Source of the DNA: Chthoniobacter flavus
GTDB lineage: Bacteria; Verrucomicrobiota; Verrucomicrobiia; Chthoniobacterales; JACTMZ01
Assembly: GCA_945878135.1 (NCBI GenBank)
Contig: CAMDUL010000003.1
Coordinates: forward strand, 5,972-69,971
Direction of reading: 5' to 3'
Length of the DNA stretch: 64,000 nucleotides
The translations under genes were made by a program, and so were the position numbers. The notes below the pieces were generated by a model. That model was not told where the DNA came from and made no database searches. It saw only the letters and a program-made list of their open reading frames with translations. This document shows, one piece after another, positions 9,190 through 19,505 of this stretch; position 1 is the first letter of the stretch, and the number at the start of each line of letters is the position of its first letter.

Positions 9190-10920
9190 TCAGCCCGTTT
9201 GCTTCTCGTAAAGCCGCCGGAAGACCGGCTCGCGCATCATGGTTTCGAAATCACCATCGGCGGCAATACCTCCTTGATCGAAGAACAGAATCCGGTCCGC
9301 GATCCTGATCGTGCTGAAACGGTGCGCGACGATGAAGACGGTGCGACCCCGGCACAACTTGGCCAGCGCTTCCTGGATCTTTTGCTCGCTTTCGGCATCC
9401 AGCGCCGAAGTGGCCTCGTCCAGGATGAGAATCGGCGCATCGCGCAGGAACGCCCGGGCCAAGGCCAAACGCTGACGCTGACCGCCGGAAAGCCTCCGCG
9501 CGTTCTCCCCGACCATGGCGTCATAGCCGCCGGGCAACTCCGTGATGAACTCGTCGGCATAGGCCGCCCGGGCGGCTTCGACAATCTCCTCCCGCGTTGC
9601 GTCCGGGCGCCCGATGCGGATGTTTTCCAGGATCGCGGTGTTGAAAAGCACCGGGGATTGCGGCACGAGCGCAATCTGACCGCGCAACGCCGCCGGATCC
9701 ATGCGACGCACATCCGTCCCGTCGATGGTCAACGTCCCCGCGGAAACATCGTAAAAACGCGGAACGAGCTTCGTGAAAGTCGACTTGCCCGCGCCGCTCG
9801 GCCCGACCAGCGCGCAGACTGTGCCCGGCAACACCGTGAGGTCGATGCCGTACAAGGCCGGAACCCCGTCGCCGTAGGCGAAGGCCACCTGGTCGAAGCG
9901 CACTTCGCCGCGCAGCCGGCCGACCGCGGCCGGATGATCCGGCACCGGCACCGTCTCGGGTTCGTCGAGGACCGACTCGATCCGCTCGAACGCCCCGGCC
10001 GACTTGCTCATCTCGTTGGCCACCCGGACGAGCCGTTTGCAACCGTCGATGGTGAAGAACAAGGCCGCCCCGATGGCCGCGAACGTCTCGAACGGGATCT
10101 GCCGGCTGTAAGCGGCGACAAACATCGCGGCGATGGCCGCGGCCGCGACAAATTCCATCAGCGGTTGCGTCGCCTGGTTGTATTTCACCGCCTTCATCGA
10201 GGCGCGGTGGAACCGCGCCAGCTCCCCGCGGAACCGCGACCGCTCCGCTTCCTCCAGATTGAACGCGCGCACTTCCGCAGCCGCCAGCAGGTTCTCCGAC
10301 AAGGCACCGGTCAGCTCGCCGAGGGAACGCTGCGTCTGGCGTCCGCGATGGCGCAGATGCCTCCCGATGTAGACCACCGGCAGAGTCATCAACGGCACGA
10401 GCAGAAGCAGCACGAGCAAAAGCGCCGCGTCGCGGTTGGTCAGCCCGAGGTAAACGAGATATCCGACGCCCCCCAGCACGACAAAAGGCTGGAGCAGGAT
10501 TTCCCGCGTCGCCGCGACCAGCGCGTCCTGGATCTGCGAGGTGTCCGCCAGAATCCGCGCCAGCAGGTCGCCGGAACGCTTTCGGTCGAAGTAGAGCAAC
10601 GGCAACCGCTGCAGTTTGTCGAACAACTGCTGCCGGATCTCCCCGAGCAGACCCAGGCTGACCGCGTTGAGCAGGTATTGGTTGAAGTAAAGCGTGATCC
10701 CGCGGAGCAAAAAGACCAGCGGCAGAAAGGAAGCCACGAGGAGCACCTCTCCGAAGGACCGCCCCGCCCCCGCCTCGAAAATATCGCGGAACACTTTCTG
10801 CAAAAAGAACGGCAAGCCGAATCCGCTGGCCGCGCCGGCCAGCGCGCCGAGCGCGACCGCGCCAAGCAGCGTCCCCCGCTGTGAACGCAGCATCCGCAGG
10901 TAGCGCGCATAACGACCCAT
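9190..10920 (-). CDS. ABC transporter permease/ATP-binding protein (MsbA-like)
   Basis: TM domain followed by GPSGAGKST, LSGGQRQRLALAR and ILILDEATSALD. Confidence 0.9.
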   Translation of the reverse strand: MGRYARYLRMLRSQRGTLLGAVALGALAGAASGFGLPFFLQKVFRDIFEAGAGRSFGEVLLVASFLPLVFLLRGITLYFNQYLLNAVSLGLLGEIRQQLFDKLQRLPLLYFDRKRSGDLLARILADTSQIQDALVAATREILLQPFVVLGGVGYLVYLGLTNRDAALLLVLLLLVPLMTLPVVYIGRHLRHRGRQTQRSLGELTGALSENLLAAAEVRAFNLEEAERSRFRGELARFHRASMKAVKYNQATQPLMEFVAAAAIAAMFVAAYSRQIPFETFAAIGAALFFTIDGCKRLVRVANEMSKSAGAFERIESVLDEPETVPVPDHPAAVGRLRGEVRFDQVAFAYGDGVPALYGIDLTVLPGTVCALVGPSGAGKSTFTKLVPRFYDVSAGTLTIDGTDVRRMDPAALRGQIALVPQSPVLFNTAILENIRIGRPDATREEIVEAARAAYADEFITELPGGYDAMVGENARRLSGGQRQRLALARAFLRDAPILILDEATSALDAESEQKIQEALAKLCRGRTVFIVAHRFSTIRIADRILFFDQGGIAADGDFETMMREPVFRRLYEKQTG

Positions 10921-10992
10921 GACCCACCATGAACATCCCTCCACCGCGCCGCTGGCAAGCCATCTTTCGCCGCGGGCCCCGCCCGCGGCCTC

Positions 10993-12750
10993 CTACCTCG
11001 CCGCTGCTTCCACCCAGCGCCCGTGCTCCCGGATCAAATCGACCAGACGTTCGACCGCTTCCGCTTCGGGGATATTGAACTTCACCGCCATCTTCCCCAC
11101 GTAAAGATTCACCTTGCCCGGCGCTCCGCCGACATAGCCGAAATCGGCGTCGGCCATTTCCCCCGGACCATTCACGATGCATCCCATGATGGCGATCTTG
11201 ACGCCTTTGAGGTGCTCCGTCGCCGCTTTGATCCGGGCCGTTGTCTCCTGCAGGTTGAACAGCGTCCGCCCGCAACTCGGACACGCCACATAGTCGGTCT
11301 TGAAAATCCGCGCCCCCACGGCTTGCAGGATGTTGTAGGACAACCGCAAGGTCTGGCCCGGCGCGTCCTCGGTGCGCAGCAGCACGGCGTCGCCGATCCC
11401 GTCGCAAAGCAAGGAACCCAGCCGTGCGCTCGCCGCAAGCAACGTGCGCACGAAAGGCGTTTGCGGATCCGGCCGCGGGTCGAGCGAATCCTTGAGCAAA
11501 ACCGGATGCCGCGGGTCGATCCTCGCCGCCAACAAACGGAAAGCGGCGATGACCGGCAGATCGACACCGTCTTTCACCGTGACCAGACAAGCCCCGGGCT
11601 GCGCGTTCAAATCCTTGACCGCGACATCATCGCGCGGGTCGATTTCCATCGCGGGCAAATCCTCGTAAACCAACTCGGGTTGGAAGTCCCCCAACCCGTC
11701 CAACTTGTGCGCCACCGCCTCATGGTGCCGGCGCGTCACCACCACCCGCGGAACCTCGTCGCCACCGAGCGTGATGCCATTGATCGTCAACTTGCCGCTC
11801 TCGCGCCGCGCGTAAACAAAAGGATCGAAAGAAAGTTTCTCCCCACGCGTCCACCCCTCGCAGTTCCCCGCAAAAAGCGCGCTCAACTCCCTGGCCACCG
11901 GAATCTCGTGCACGCTGTCCTCCGTCAGGCTGACCCGGATCGTGTCCCCGATCCCGTCGGCCAGAAGCGACCCGATGCCCACCGCGCTTTTGATCCGCCC
12001 GTCCTCCCCGTCCCCCGCCTCGGTCACACCAAGGTGGATCGGATAGTTCCAGTCCGGTCCCTCCGCGGCCAAACGCGCGACGAGCAGGCGGTAAGCGGCG
12101 ATCATGACTTTCGGATTCGACGCCTTCATGGAAAAAACGAAATCGTGGTAATCCATCTCCCGCGCAAGACGGGCAAACTCGAGCGCGCTCTCCACCATGC
12201 CGAGCGGCGTGTCGCCGTAGCGGTTCATGATGCGGTCGCTCAGCGACCCGTGGTTCGTCCCGATGCGCATGGCGATGCCACCCTCCCGGCAGACCTTGAC
12301 CAGCGGCGCGAATTTCCAGCGGATGCGCCCGATCTCCGCCGTGTATTGCCCGTCGGTGTATTCGCGCACCGCGAATTTCTTCGAGTCGGCATAGTTGCCC
12401 GGATTGACCCGCACCTTGTCGACCCACTTGGCCGACTCCAGCGCGGCGTCGGGCTTGAAGTGGATGTCGGCCACCAGCGGCACATCGCAACCGCGCTCCC
12501 GCAAACCGTCGCGGATGGCCTCGAGGTTGCGCGCATCCTTCACCGTCGGCGCCGTGATGCGCACGATTTCGCACCCGACATCCGCCAGCGCGACGGAGTC
12601 CCGGACGCACGCCTCCGTGTCCATCGTGTCGCAGGTCAGCATGGACTGAACGCGCACGGGATTCCCCCCACCGATTCCGGTCCGCCCGACGCGCACGTTG
12701 CGGCTGCGGCGGCGCTCCGGGTAAAACGGAAGCGGAAGGTCGCTGCTCAT
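10993..12750 (-). CDS. ispG: (E)-4-hydroxy-3-methylbut-2-enyl-diphosphate synthase, long form
   Basis: PVRVQSM, PLVADIHF, RIGTNHGSL, IHLGVTEAG, ACPSCGR and MGCIVNGPGE motifs. Confidence 0.96.
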   Translation of the reverse strand: MSSDLPLPFYPERRRSRNVRVGRTGIGGGNPVRVQSMLTCDTMDTEACVRDSVALADVGCEIVRITAPTVKDARNLEAIRDGLRERGCDVPLVADIHFKPDAALESAKWVDKVRVNPGNYADSKKFAVREYTDGQYTAEIGRIRWKFAPLVKVCREGGIAMRIGTNHGSLSDRIMNRYGDTPLGMVESALEFARLAREMDYHDFVFSMKASNPKVMIAAYRLLVARLAAEGPDWNYPIHLGVTEAGDGEDGRIKSAVGIGSLLADGIGDTIRVSLTEDSVHEIPVARELSALFAGNCEGWTRGEKLSFDPFVYARRESGKLTINGITLGGDEVPRVVVTRRHHEAVAHKLDGLGDFQPELVYEDLPAMEIDPRDDVAVKDLNAQPGACLVTVKDGVDLPVIAAFRLLAARIDPRHPVLLKDSLDPRPDPQTPFVRTLLAASARLGSLLCDGIGDAVLLRTEDAPGQTLRLSYNILQAVGARIFKTDYVACPSCGRTLFNLQETTARIKAATEHLKGVKIAIMGCIVNGPGEMADADFGYVGGAPGKVNLYVGKMAVKFNIPEAEAVERLVDLIREHGRWVEAAAR

Positions 12751-12760
12751 CGCGCAAATC

Positions 12761-12785
12761 CGTCGGCGGGGACGCCGACGCTACA
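12761..12785 (-). repeat. GTAG-type REP-like palindrome supplying the rseP stop codon
   Basis: Minus strand TGTAGCGTCGGCGTCCCCGCCGACG; near-identical to 30899-30923. Confidence 0.7.
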
Positions 12786-14235
12786 TTCCCGGAGCGGCGC
12801 CGTCCCCGGCGCCGGCCTTTTCCGGAGCCGGCGAAAATTTCAGCTCCGCCGGCGGTTCCTCCGCTTTCCCCCGCCACGGCAGATCCTGCACGTCGAAAAA
12901 GGTGATATAAAGCATGTAGCCGATGATGAGGAAGGCGAAGCCGCTCTGCACGATTTCGAGGACGCGCACATTGATCGGCTTGCGCCGGATCGACTCGATG
13001 ATGGCCAGCATGATGTGTCCGCCGTCGAGCACGGGGATGGGCAAAAGATTGAGCAGGGCGAGGTTCACGTTGAGCACCACGCTGAACCAGAGGGCCAGAC
13101 GCCATCCGTCGGGCGACTCGAAAAGCAGATAGTAGATCCGCATGATCCCGACCGGACCGCTCAGATGCTCGGCCTTGATGTCGCTGCGCGGCGAAAAGAC
13201 CGCCGAAAGCGTGTCGACCATGGTGCGCACGCTGCCCGCGACGAGCTGCAGCGGATTCGGGTGCTCCAGCACGGTCGGACCCCGGTCGTCCCACAAGATG
13301 CCGACCCGCGGCTTGGTCTCGCCTTCGGGCAGCAACGGAGTGACGGCCAGCTGCAGCGTTTCCTCCCCGCGCTGCACGGTCAAATCGACCGGCACGCCCG
13401 CCTGGTGCTTGTCGAGATACTCGGAAAGTGAGGCCAAGCTGAGCAGTGGTTGTCCGTCCACCGCGGTGATCAGGTCGCGCGGACGGATCCCCGCCACCGC
13501 GGCCGGGCTGTCCTGGAAAACTTTGGCCACCATCGGGGTCATGGCCGGCAGGATGCCGATCTGGCGGAGGGGACGCCTTCCCCATCCCTGACGCTCCGGC
13601 ACGGTCGGCTCGACTTCGACGGTTTGCACCGCTCCGTTGCGCTCGAATTTCACCGGAATAAGCGGCTCCTCGCTGCGCACCACGTTCCACGTGACGCTCT
13701 GCCGCATGTTGCCCATGCCGGCGAATTTCGAGACCGGGTGACGGTTGACCTCGAGGATCTTGTCCCCCGGCTGCAATCCGGCCTTGGCTGCAGGCCCCTC
13801 GGGCAAGACATAGCCGATGACCGTGCCGGTTTCGGCCTGGCTGACCGGACGCCCGACCAGCCAGACGATCACAGCGCACAGCAAGGCCAGCAGCATGCTC
13901 GCGACCGGACCCGAAAGGGCCACGATGATTTTGTCCAACGCCGTGACCGGCGGCAGCGCGGCGCGGTCGTGCTTGCTCTCGCCCTCGACCGACTCCATGG
14001 GGGCCAATTGCGGCAACGCGACGAATCCGCCGGCCGGAATGGATCCGAGGCTGTATTCCACGCCGCCGATCGTTTTCTTCCAGAGCGGCTTGCCGAACCA
14101 GATGCCGAACTTTTCCACCACCAACCCGCGCCAGCGAGCCGCCACAAAATGGCCCAACTCGTGGGCGATGATGATCAGGTTAAAAAGAACGAGAACCTCA
14201 AGCAGGATCCCGGCAACTCTCAGGTAATCGGACAT
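12781..14235 (-). CDS. rseP: RIP metalloprotease RseP with two PDZ domains
   Basis: HELGH, NLLPIPVLDGG and two PDZ segments (GPAAKAGLQPGD, SPAAVAGIRPRD). Confidence 0.93.
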   Translation of the reverse strand: MSDYLRVAGILLEVLVLFNLIIIAHELGHFVAARWRGLVVEKFGIWFGKPLWKKTIGGVEYSLGSIPAGGFVALPQLAPMESVEGESKHDRAALPPVTALDKIIVALSGPVASMLLALLCAVIVWLVGRPVSQAETGTVIGYVLPEGPAAKAGLQPGDKILEVNRHPVSKFAGMGNMRQSVTWNVVRSEEPLIPVKFERNGAVQTVEVEPTVPERQGWGRRPLRQIGILPAMTPMVAKVFQDSPAAVAGIRPRDLITAVDGQPLLSLASLSEYLDKHQAGVPVDLTVQRGEETLQLAVTPLLPEGETKPRVGILWDDRGPTVLEHPNPLQLVAGSVRTMVDTLSAVFSPRSDIKAEHLSGPVGIMRIYYLLFESPDGWRLALWFSVVLNVNLALLNLLPIPVLDGGHIMLAIIESIRRKPINVRVLEIVQSGFAFLIIGYMLYITFFDVQDLPWRGKAEEPPAELKFSPAPEKAGAGDGAAPGM

Positions 14236-14286
14236 AAAGGAAGCACCGTAGCACAAGCGGCGGCATCTTCACGCCCAAAACCCGCC

Positions 14287-15288
14287 TCAGTCCCGCCATC
14301 CGCGCACCGCCACCGTGGTTTGCCGGCGGCGCTTCAGGGTTGCGGACGGCGTTTCGCCGAACATCTGGCGGTAGCGCACGGCGAAACGGCCGAGTTCGCT
14401 GAAGCCGAGTTCCGTGGCGATGTCCGTGACCTTGCAAGCCCGCGGATCCCCGCGGAGCAGCACGCCCCGCGCGTGGTTCAGGCGACGCCGCAGGAAAAAG
14501 GTGTGCGGCGTCACGCCGGTCACCGTCTTGAAAGCGCTTTCCAGGGTGCCGGGGCTGACCCGCAATAAACGGCACAGCGTCGCGACCGGCACCGGTCCGC
14601 GCGGCGTGTCGGCAATCTCGATCGCGCGCCGCACCAGCACCGCGCCCGGCGGACGTCCCGCCGGCAGGTCTTTCACGTCCAGGATGGACAGCGCCTGGCC
14701 GTAAACCCATTCCTCGAATCGCGCCGCATCCACCTGCAGTTCGCCGATCGCGGCCAGGCGCAGCAAGTGCTGGAGCCGCTGGGAAAAAGATGCCACCGCC
14801 TGCGGCTTGGCCACCAACGGCATGGTCTCACGCCCGCGCCGCAAGGCGCGCTGCACCTCCGCCGGCAAACCCGCTTCCTCCGCCAGCTGCAGCAACCGTG
14901 CGTGGTCGAGCAGGACAACAAACTGTTTCAAGCCGCCGGCCGCATACACGTCCATCTCCTCGCCGGTCATGGCCGAAGCCAGCCGCGAACGCTCCATTTC
15001 CTCGCCGGCGAACTTCAGACTCGGCCCCTGCACCGGCAAGGCGAGCCCGAACCGGTTGCTCAACAACTCGCCGGTCAAATGCGTGCGCACCGGATAATGC
15101 TCGTGGTAAAGGAACGTGTTCCCTGCGGCGATAAAGTCGATCCGGCAACGGAACGGACCGGGTTCGAGCTGCACCGCCTCCAAATCGAAAAACTGTCGCA
15201 CCGCGCCGCTCATGTCCTCGATGGCACCCCGCCGGAGCACGCCGCTGAACACCTGCCCGGCGCCCGCCGTTTTCTGCGAATTTTGCAT
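14287..15288 (-). CDS. AraC-family transcriptional regulator (EutR-like)
   Basis: C-terminal double HTH: LCRLLRVSPGTLESAF ... VTDIATELGFSELGRFAVRYRQMFGETPS; true start may be further downstream. Confidence 0.9.
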   Translation of the reverse strand: MQNSQKTAGAGQVFSGVLRRGAIEDMSGAVRQFFDLEAVQLEPGPFRCRIDFIAAGNTFLYHEHYPVRTHLTGELLSNRFGLALPVQGPSLKFAGEEMERSRLASAMTGEEMDVYAAGGLKQFVVLLDHARLLQLAEEAGLPAEVQRALRRGRETMPLVAKPQAVASFSQRLQHLLRLAAIGELQVDAARFEEWVYGQALSILDVKDLPAGRPPGAVLVRRAIEIADTPRGPVPVATLCRLLRVSPGTLESAFKTVTGVTPHTFFLRRRLNHARGVLLRGDPRACKVTDIATELGFSELGRFAVRYRQMFGETPSATLKRRRQTTVAVRGWRD

Positions 15289-15290
15289 AC
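15271..15290 (+). promoter_or_regulatory. Putative AraC operator copy 1 (TTTCTGCGAATTTTGCATAC)
   Basis: 18/20 identical to the copy at 15354; overlaps the annotated araC start. Confidence 0.55.
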
Positions 15291-15353
15291 TGACGGTAAA
15301 TCACATGCTCCGGCCGCCGGCGCGAAGCAAGTCCGCACTCCGCACCATGCCTG

Positions 15354-15373
15354 TTTCTGCGATTTTTGCATAG
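15354..15373 (+). promoter_or_regulatory. Putative AraC operator copy 2 (TTTCTGCGATTTTTGCATAG)
   Basis: Direct repeat located about 43 nt upstream of the arylsulfatase ATG. Confidence 0.6.
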
Positions 15374-15415
15374 CCGCCGGATCGCCGCTCTCCCAGAGTG
15401 TCTGCACCGAAATTT

Positions 15416-16954
15416 ATGAACATCATCCGTATTCTCTTCCTCGCCGCCCTCGCGGCCGTCCTCCACGCCTCGCCCGCCTCCGCGCAAGAGGCAGCCACCA
15501 AGAAACCCAACATCCTCGTCATCTGGGGCGATGACATCGGACAGTTCAACGTCAGCGCCTACAACATGGGCATGATGGGTTACAAAACGCCCAACATCGA
15601 CAGCATCGCCAAACAGGGCGCGCTTTTCACCGATTGGTATGGACAGCAGTCCTGCACCGCCGGGCGCGCCGCGTTCATCACCGGACAATCCCCCATCCGC
15701 ACCGGACTGACCAAAGTCGGCCTGCCCGGCGCGCCGGAGGGCATGAAGAAGGAGGACCCGACCATCGCCACGCTGCTCAAAGCGCAGGGCTATGTCACCG
15801 GCCAGTTCGGCAAGAACCACCTCGGGGACCGCGACGACATGCTGCCGACCGCCCACGGCTTCGACGAGTTCTTCGGCAACCTCTACCACCTCAACGCCGA
15901 GGAGGAACCCGAGCATCCCGACTACCCGCAGACACCCGAGTTCAAGAAAAAGTGGGGACCGCGCGGCGTCATCCACAGCTTCGCCGGCGGCAAGATCGAA
16001 GACACCGGCCCGCTGACCCGCAAGCGCATGGAAACGATCGACGAGGAGGTCAACACCAAGGCCCTCGACTTCATGGCACGTGCGGTCAAAGAGGACAAAC
16101 CCTTCTTCCTCTGGTGGAACTCCACCCGCATGCACATCTTCACCCACCTCAAGGACGAGTCGGACGGCAAGACCGGCCTCGGCATCTACGCCGACGGCAT
16201 GGTCGAGCACGACGGCCACGTCGGCCTCGTCCTGGCCAAACTCAAGGAACTCGGCATCGAGGACAACACCATCGTCATGTATTCGACCGACAACGGCGCC
16301 GAGGCCTTCACCTGGCCCGACGGCGGCACCACCATGTTCCGCGGCGAGAAAAACACCCAGTGGGAAGGCGGCTACCGCGTGCCGGCCATGATCAAATGGC
16401 CCGGCGTGATCCAACCCGGCACCGTGATCAATGACATTGGTGCGCACGAGGACATGCTCCCGACCCTGGTCGCCGCCGCCGGCAACCCGGACGCCAAGGA
16501 GCAACTGCTCAAAGGGGCCAAACTCGGTGACCGCAGTTACAAGGTGCACCTCGACGGCTACAATCTCCTTCCCGCCCTCCAAGGCGAAGGCGCCTGGCCG
16601 CGCCGCGAATTCATCTATTGGACCGACGACGGCAGCGTGGCCGCTCTGCGCTATGACAATTGGAAGATCACCTTCCTCGAGCAGCAGGCGCACGGATTGC
16701 ACGTCTGGCAGCAACCCTTCGTCGAACTCCGCGCCCCGATCCTCAACAACCTCCGCATGGACCCGTTCGAGCTCGCGCAGGATATCGGCATGGACTACGG
16801 CCGGTGGTATCTCGAACACATGTTCGTCATCGCCCCGGCCACGGCCTACGTCGGCCAGTGGTTGCAGAGCTTCAAGGAATATCCGCCGCGCCAGAAACCC
16901 GGCAGTTTCAACCTCGACCGCGTGATGGAAGCCGTCACCAGCGTCCAGCAGTAA
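15416..16954 (+). CDS. Arylsulfatase (Cys-type, secreted)
   Basis: Signal peptide; KPNILVIWGDDIG; SCTAGRAAFITG (CxAxR formylglycine motif); GKNHLGD. Confidence 0.93.
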   Translation: MNIIRILFLAALAAVLHASPASAQEAATKKPNILVIWGDDIGQFNVSAYNMGMMGYKTPNIDSIAKQGALFTDWYGQQSCTAGRAAFITGQSPIRTGLTKVGLPGAPEGMKKEDPTIATLLKAQGYVTGQFGKNHLGDRDDMLPTAHGFDEFFGNLYHLNAEEEPEHPDYPQTPEFKKKWGPRGVIHSFAGGKIEDTGPLTRKRMETIDEEVNTKALDFMARAVKEDKPFFLWWNSTRMHIFTHLKDESDGKTGLGIYADGMVEHDGHVGLVLAKLKELGIEDNTIVMYSTDNGAEAFTWPDGGTTMFRGEKNTQWEGGYRVPAMIKWPGVIQPGTVINDIGAHEDMLPTLVAAAGNPDAKEQLLKGAKLGDRSYKVHLDGYNLLPALQGEGAWPRREFIYWTDDGSVAALRYDNWKITFLEQQAHGLHVWQQPFVELRAPILNNLRMDPFELAQDIGMDYGRWYLEHMFVIAPATAYVGQWLQSFKEYPPRQKPGSFNLDRVMEAVTSVQQ

Positions 16955-16967
16955 GGCCACGCGGCAT

Positions 16968-18242
16968 ATGCCAGGCCACCGCATCATTGGCAGGGGCCGC
17001 TTGCTTCAGGGGACCGCTGCCTGCCTGATTGCCGGATTCGTCCCGGCGCAGGCGGAAAGCGTGCCGTCCAACGCGGCAACGACCTACGAGGTTCCCGGAC
17101 CCGTCGAAACCGCGATGCTCTTGCCCGGGGATCTGCGCGACGGCCCCGCCGGACGCGTTGCTCCGCGGGCCGAAGCCGACGGATGGCACGTGACCTACAC
17201 CCTCGACGGGCCCGCCGGACGCGAGATGCTCACCGGCACCCAATTTCTTGCCAACCGCGAGCGGGAAATCCGCGCCGTGGCCACGCTCCGCGCCATGAAC
17301 AAGTCCGAGGAATTCGGCAAAGCCCTCCTCGCCTCGGGCGGCGAGAAACTGCAAAGCGTGGCCGACGCGGTCAAGGATCCCGTCCACACCCTGCAAAAGC
17401 TCCCGAAAGGCGCGTCGAAGTTCTTCGGGCGCCTCGGGAACACGGTCAAACATGTCGCCGAGGGCCAAGTCGGCGCCACCGACGCCGCCGAGTCCGCCTT
17501 CGGCGTCCAGCGCAAACGCGCGCAACTCTGCCTCGACCTCGGGGTCAGCCCCTTCACCCGCGACCCCGAACTGCGCACGGAGCTCGACACCGCCGCCCGC
17601 GCCATGGCCGCCGGGGCCACGCTGGTCAATCTCACCGGACTCATTGTCGGCGGCGGAGTTGGCACCGCCATTTCCGTGGTCAATGCCAACCAGGCCTTCC
17701 AACGCGCCCTCGTGGAGTCCACCCCGGCGGAACTGGCCGCCCGCAACCGTGCCATCCTGGCGGACATGGAGGCCGACCCGGACCGCATTGCCGGCTTTCT
17801 CGACAACCCCGCTTTCAACCCGTGGCAAAAAAGCGCCGTGACCGCGGCCCTTGCCTCCGTCGGACTCGACCCCGAGCCCGTGCTCGACCGCGCGGCCGAA
17901 GCCTACACCGACGAAGACGCCGTCTACTTTGTCCAACTGGCGCGCCTTCTCGAAAACCACCACCGCAATGTGGAACCGCTCGTCGCCATCATGTCGGTCC
18001 GAGGCACCCCCTGCGCCCTCGACCGGTCCGGCACCGCCGTGGTTCCGGTCGGGGCGGATCTGGTGCGCTGGACCCCCGACTTGGAAGCACGCGCCCGCGA
18101 GTTCGTCGTCTGGTGCTCCGGCGAACCGGAGGTCAAACGTCTCCTGCTGGCCACCGACGGATCCGTCTCCGCGCAGGCCACCGCCGAACTCGCGCGCCTC
18201 GGTATCGATGTCGCGGCGCAGGCGCTCGGCTCGCCACGGTGA
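16968..18242 (+). CDS. Hypothetical exported protein
   Basis: Long ORF co-oriented with the operon (13-nt and 3-nt gaps); signal-like N-terminus; no family recognised. Confidence 0.7.
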   Translation: MPGHRIIGRGRLLQGTAACLIAGFVPAQAESVPSNAATTYEVPGPVETAMLLPGDLRDGPAGRVAPRAEADGWHVTYTLDGPAGREMLTGTQFLANREREIRAVATLRAMNKSEEFGKALLASGGEKLQSVADAVKDPVHTLQKLPKGASKFFGRLGNTVKHVAEGQVGATDAAESAFGVQRKRAQLCLDLGVSPFTRDPELRTELDTAARAMAAGATLVNLTGLIVGGGVGTAISVVNANQAFQRALVESTPAELAARNRAILADMEADPDRIAGFLDNPAFNPWQKSAVTAALASVGLDPEPVLDRAAEAYTDEDAVYFVQLARLLENHHRNVEPLVAIMSVRGTPCALDRSGTAVVPVGADLVRWTPDLEARAREFVVWCSGEPEVKRLLLATDGSVSAQATAELARLGIDVAAQALGSPR

Positions 18243-18245
18243 ACT

Positions 18246-19250
18246 ATGAACATACTCGTGCTTCCTGCCTGCCTGCTGGCCGTCGTCGCCACCGGGCTCG
18301 CCACTCCCGGAGACCCTCCGGCCAAAGTCCCGCCACCCCTCGCCTCGTGGCGCGACACGGACGCCAAAAAGGCCGTCCTCGAATTCGTCGCCAAAGTCTC
18401 CGACGAGGACTCCGCCGTTTTCGTCCCGCCCGCCGAACGCATCGCCGTCTTCGACAACGACGGCACCCTGTGGCCGGAAAACCCGATGCCCTTCCAGTTG
18501 GCCTTCGCCCTCGACGAACTCAAACGCCGCCTGCCCGATGAACCGGCATGGAAGGACGATCCCGCCGTCACCGCCGCCCTCGAGGGCAATCTCCCGGCCC
18601 TGCTCGCCGACCACTACAAAGGCCTCTTCCGTATCATCGAGCTGACCGGCTCGGGCCTGACCACCGTCGAATTCGCCGACCGCGTGCGCGCGTGGCTCGC
18701 CACGGCCAAGCACCCACGCTTCGACCGCCCGTATGACCAGCTGGCCTACCTGCCCATGCTCGAGTTGCTCGCCTACCTCCGTGCCCACGATTTCAAAACT
18801 TTCCTCGTCTCCGGCGGCGGCGCCGATTTCATGCGCGTCTTCAGCGAACGCGTCTACGGTGTCCCGCCCGAGCAAGTCGTCGGGTCAAACACCCGCGTGG
18901 TCTACGACTTGCGCGAGGACGGTCCCGTGCTGGTCAAAACGATGAACGACCTCTTCATCGACGACAAAGCGGGAAAACCGGCCGGCATCCATCAATTCAT
19001 CGGACGCCGCCCCATCGCCTGCTTCGGCAACAGCGACGGCGACCGGCAGATGCTCGAATACACCACCATCGACAACCCGCACCCGTCGCTCGGACTCATC
19101 GTCCACCACACCGACGCCGAACGCGAGTTCGCTTATGACAAGGACGCCAAAAGCTCCGGCAAACTCGTCACCTCACTGGCCGACGCGCCGGAGCGCGGCT
19201 GGATCCTCGTCGACATGCGAAATGACTGGGCGGAAGTGTTCGCACCCTGA
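18246..19250 (+). CDS. HAD-family hydrolase (secreted, acid-phosphatase-like)
   Basis: Signal peptide; FDNDGTLW, VSGGG and FGNSDGD motifs. Confidence 0.88.
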   Translation: MNILVLPACLLAVVATGLATPGDPPAKVPPPLASWRDTDAKKAVLEFVAKVSDEDSAVFVPPAERIAVFDNDGTLWPENPMPFQLAFALDELKRRLPDEPAWKDDPAVTAALEGNLPALLADHYKGLFRIIELTGSGLTTVEFADRVRAWLATAKHPRFDRPYDQLAYLPMLELLAYLRAHDFKTFLVSGGGADFMRVFSERVYGVPPEQVVGSNTRVVYDLREDGPVLVKTMNDLFIDDKAGKPAGIHQFIGRRPIACFGNSDGDRQMLEYTTIDNPHPSLGLIVHHTDAEREFAYDKDAKSSGKLVTSLADAPERGWILVDMRNDWAEVFAP

Positions 19251-19268
19251 CCGGTCGCTGTTCCTGCC

Positions 19269-19505
19269 ATGCTCGATTACCTTGCCCTCGGCCTGCTCGT
19301 CGCAGTCGTCGTGATCCTCGCCGTCGCGGTCGTCGCCCTTTTCGATTTGCCTTACCGGATCGCAGCCCGGCGCAACCATCCGCAACGCGATGCCATCCAC
19401 GCCGCTTGCTGGCTGAGCCTTTTCACCGCCGGCATTCTCTGGCCGCTCGCCTTCATCTGGGCCCTTACCGTGCCCTCCGACGGCTCCGACTCGCGCCCGA
19501 CATGA
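19269..19505 (+). CDS. DUF3302/YibI-like small membrane protein
   Basis: LPYRIAARRNHPQRDAIHAACWLSLFT..LWPLAFIWA pattern; directly upstream of HlyD. Confidence 0.85.
   Translation: MLDYLALGLLVAVVVILAVAVVALFDLPYRIAARRNHPQRDAIHAACWLSLFTAGILWPLAFIWALTVPSDGSDSRPT

Noticed and set aside
10993-12750. Unusually long IspG
   Set aside because: The long, insertion-containing form is an established type in Chlamydiae, Bacteroidota and plants.
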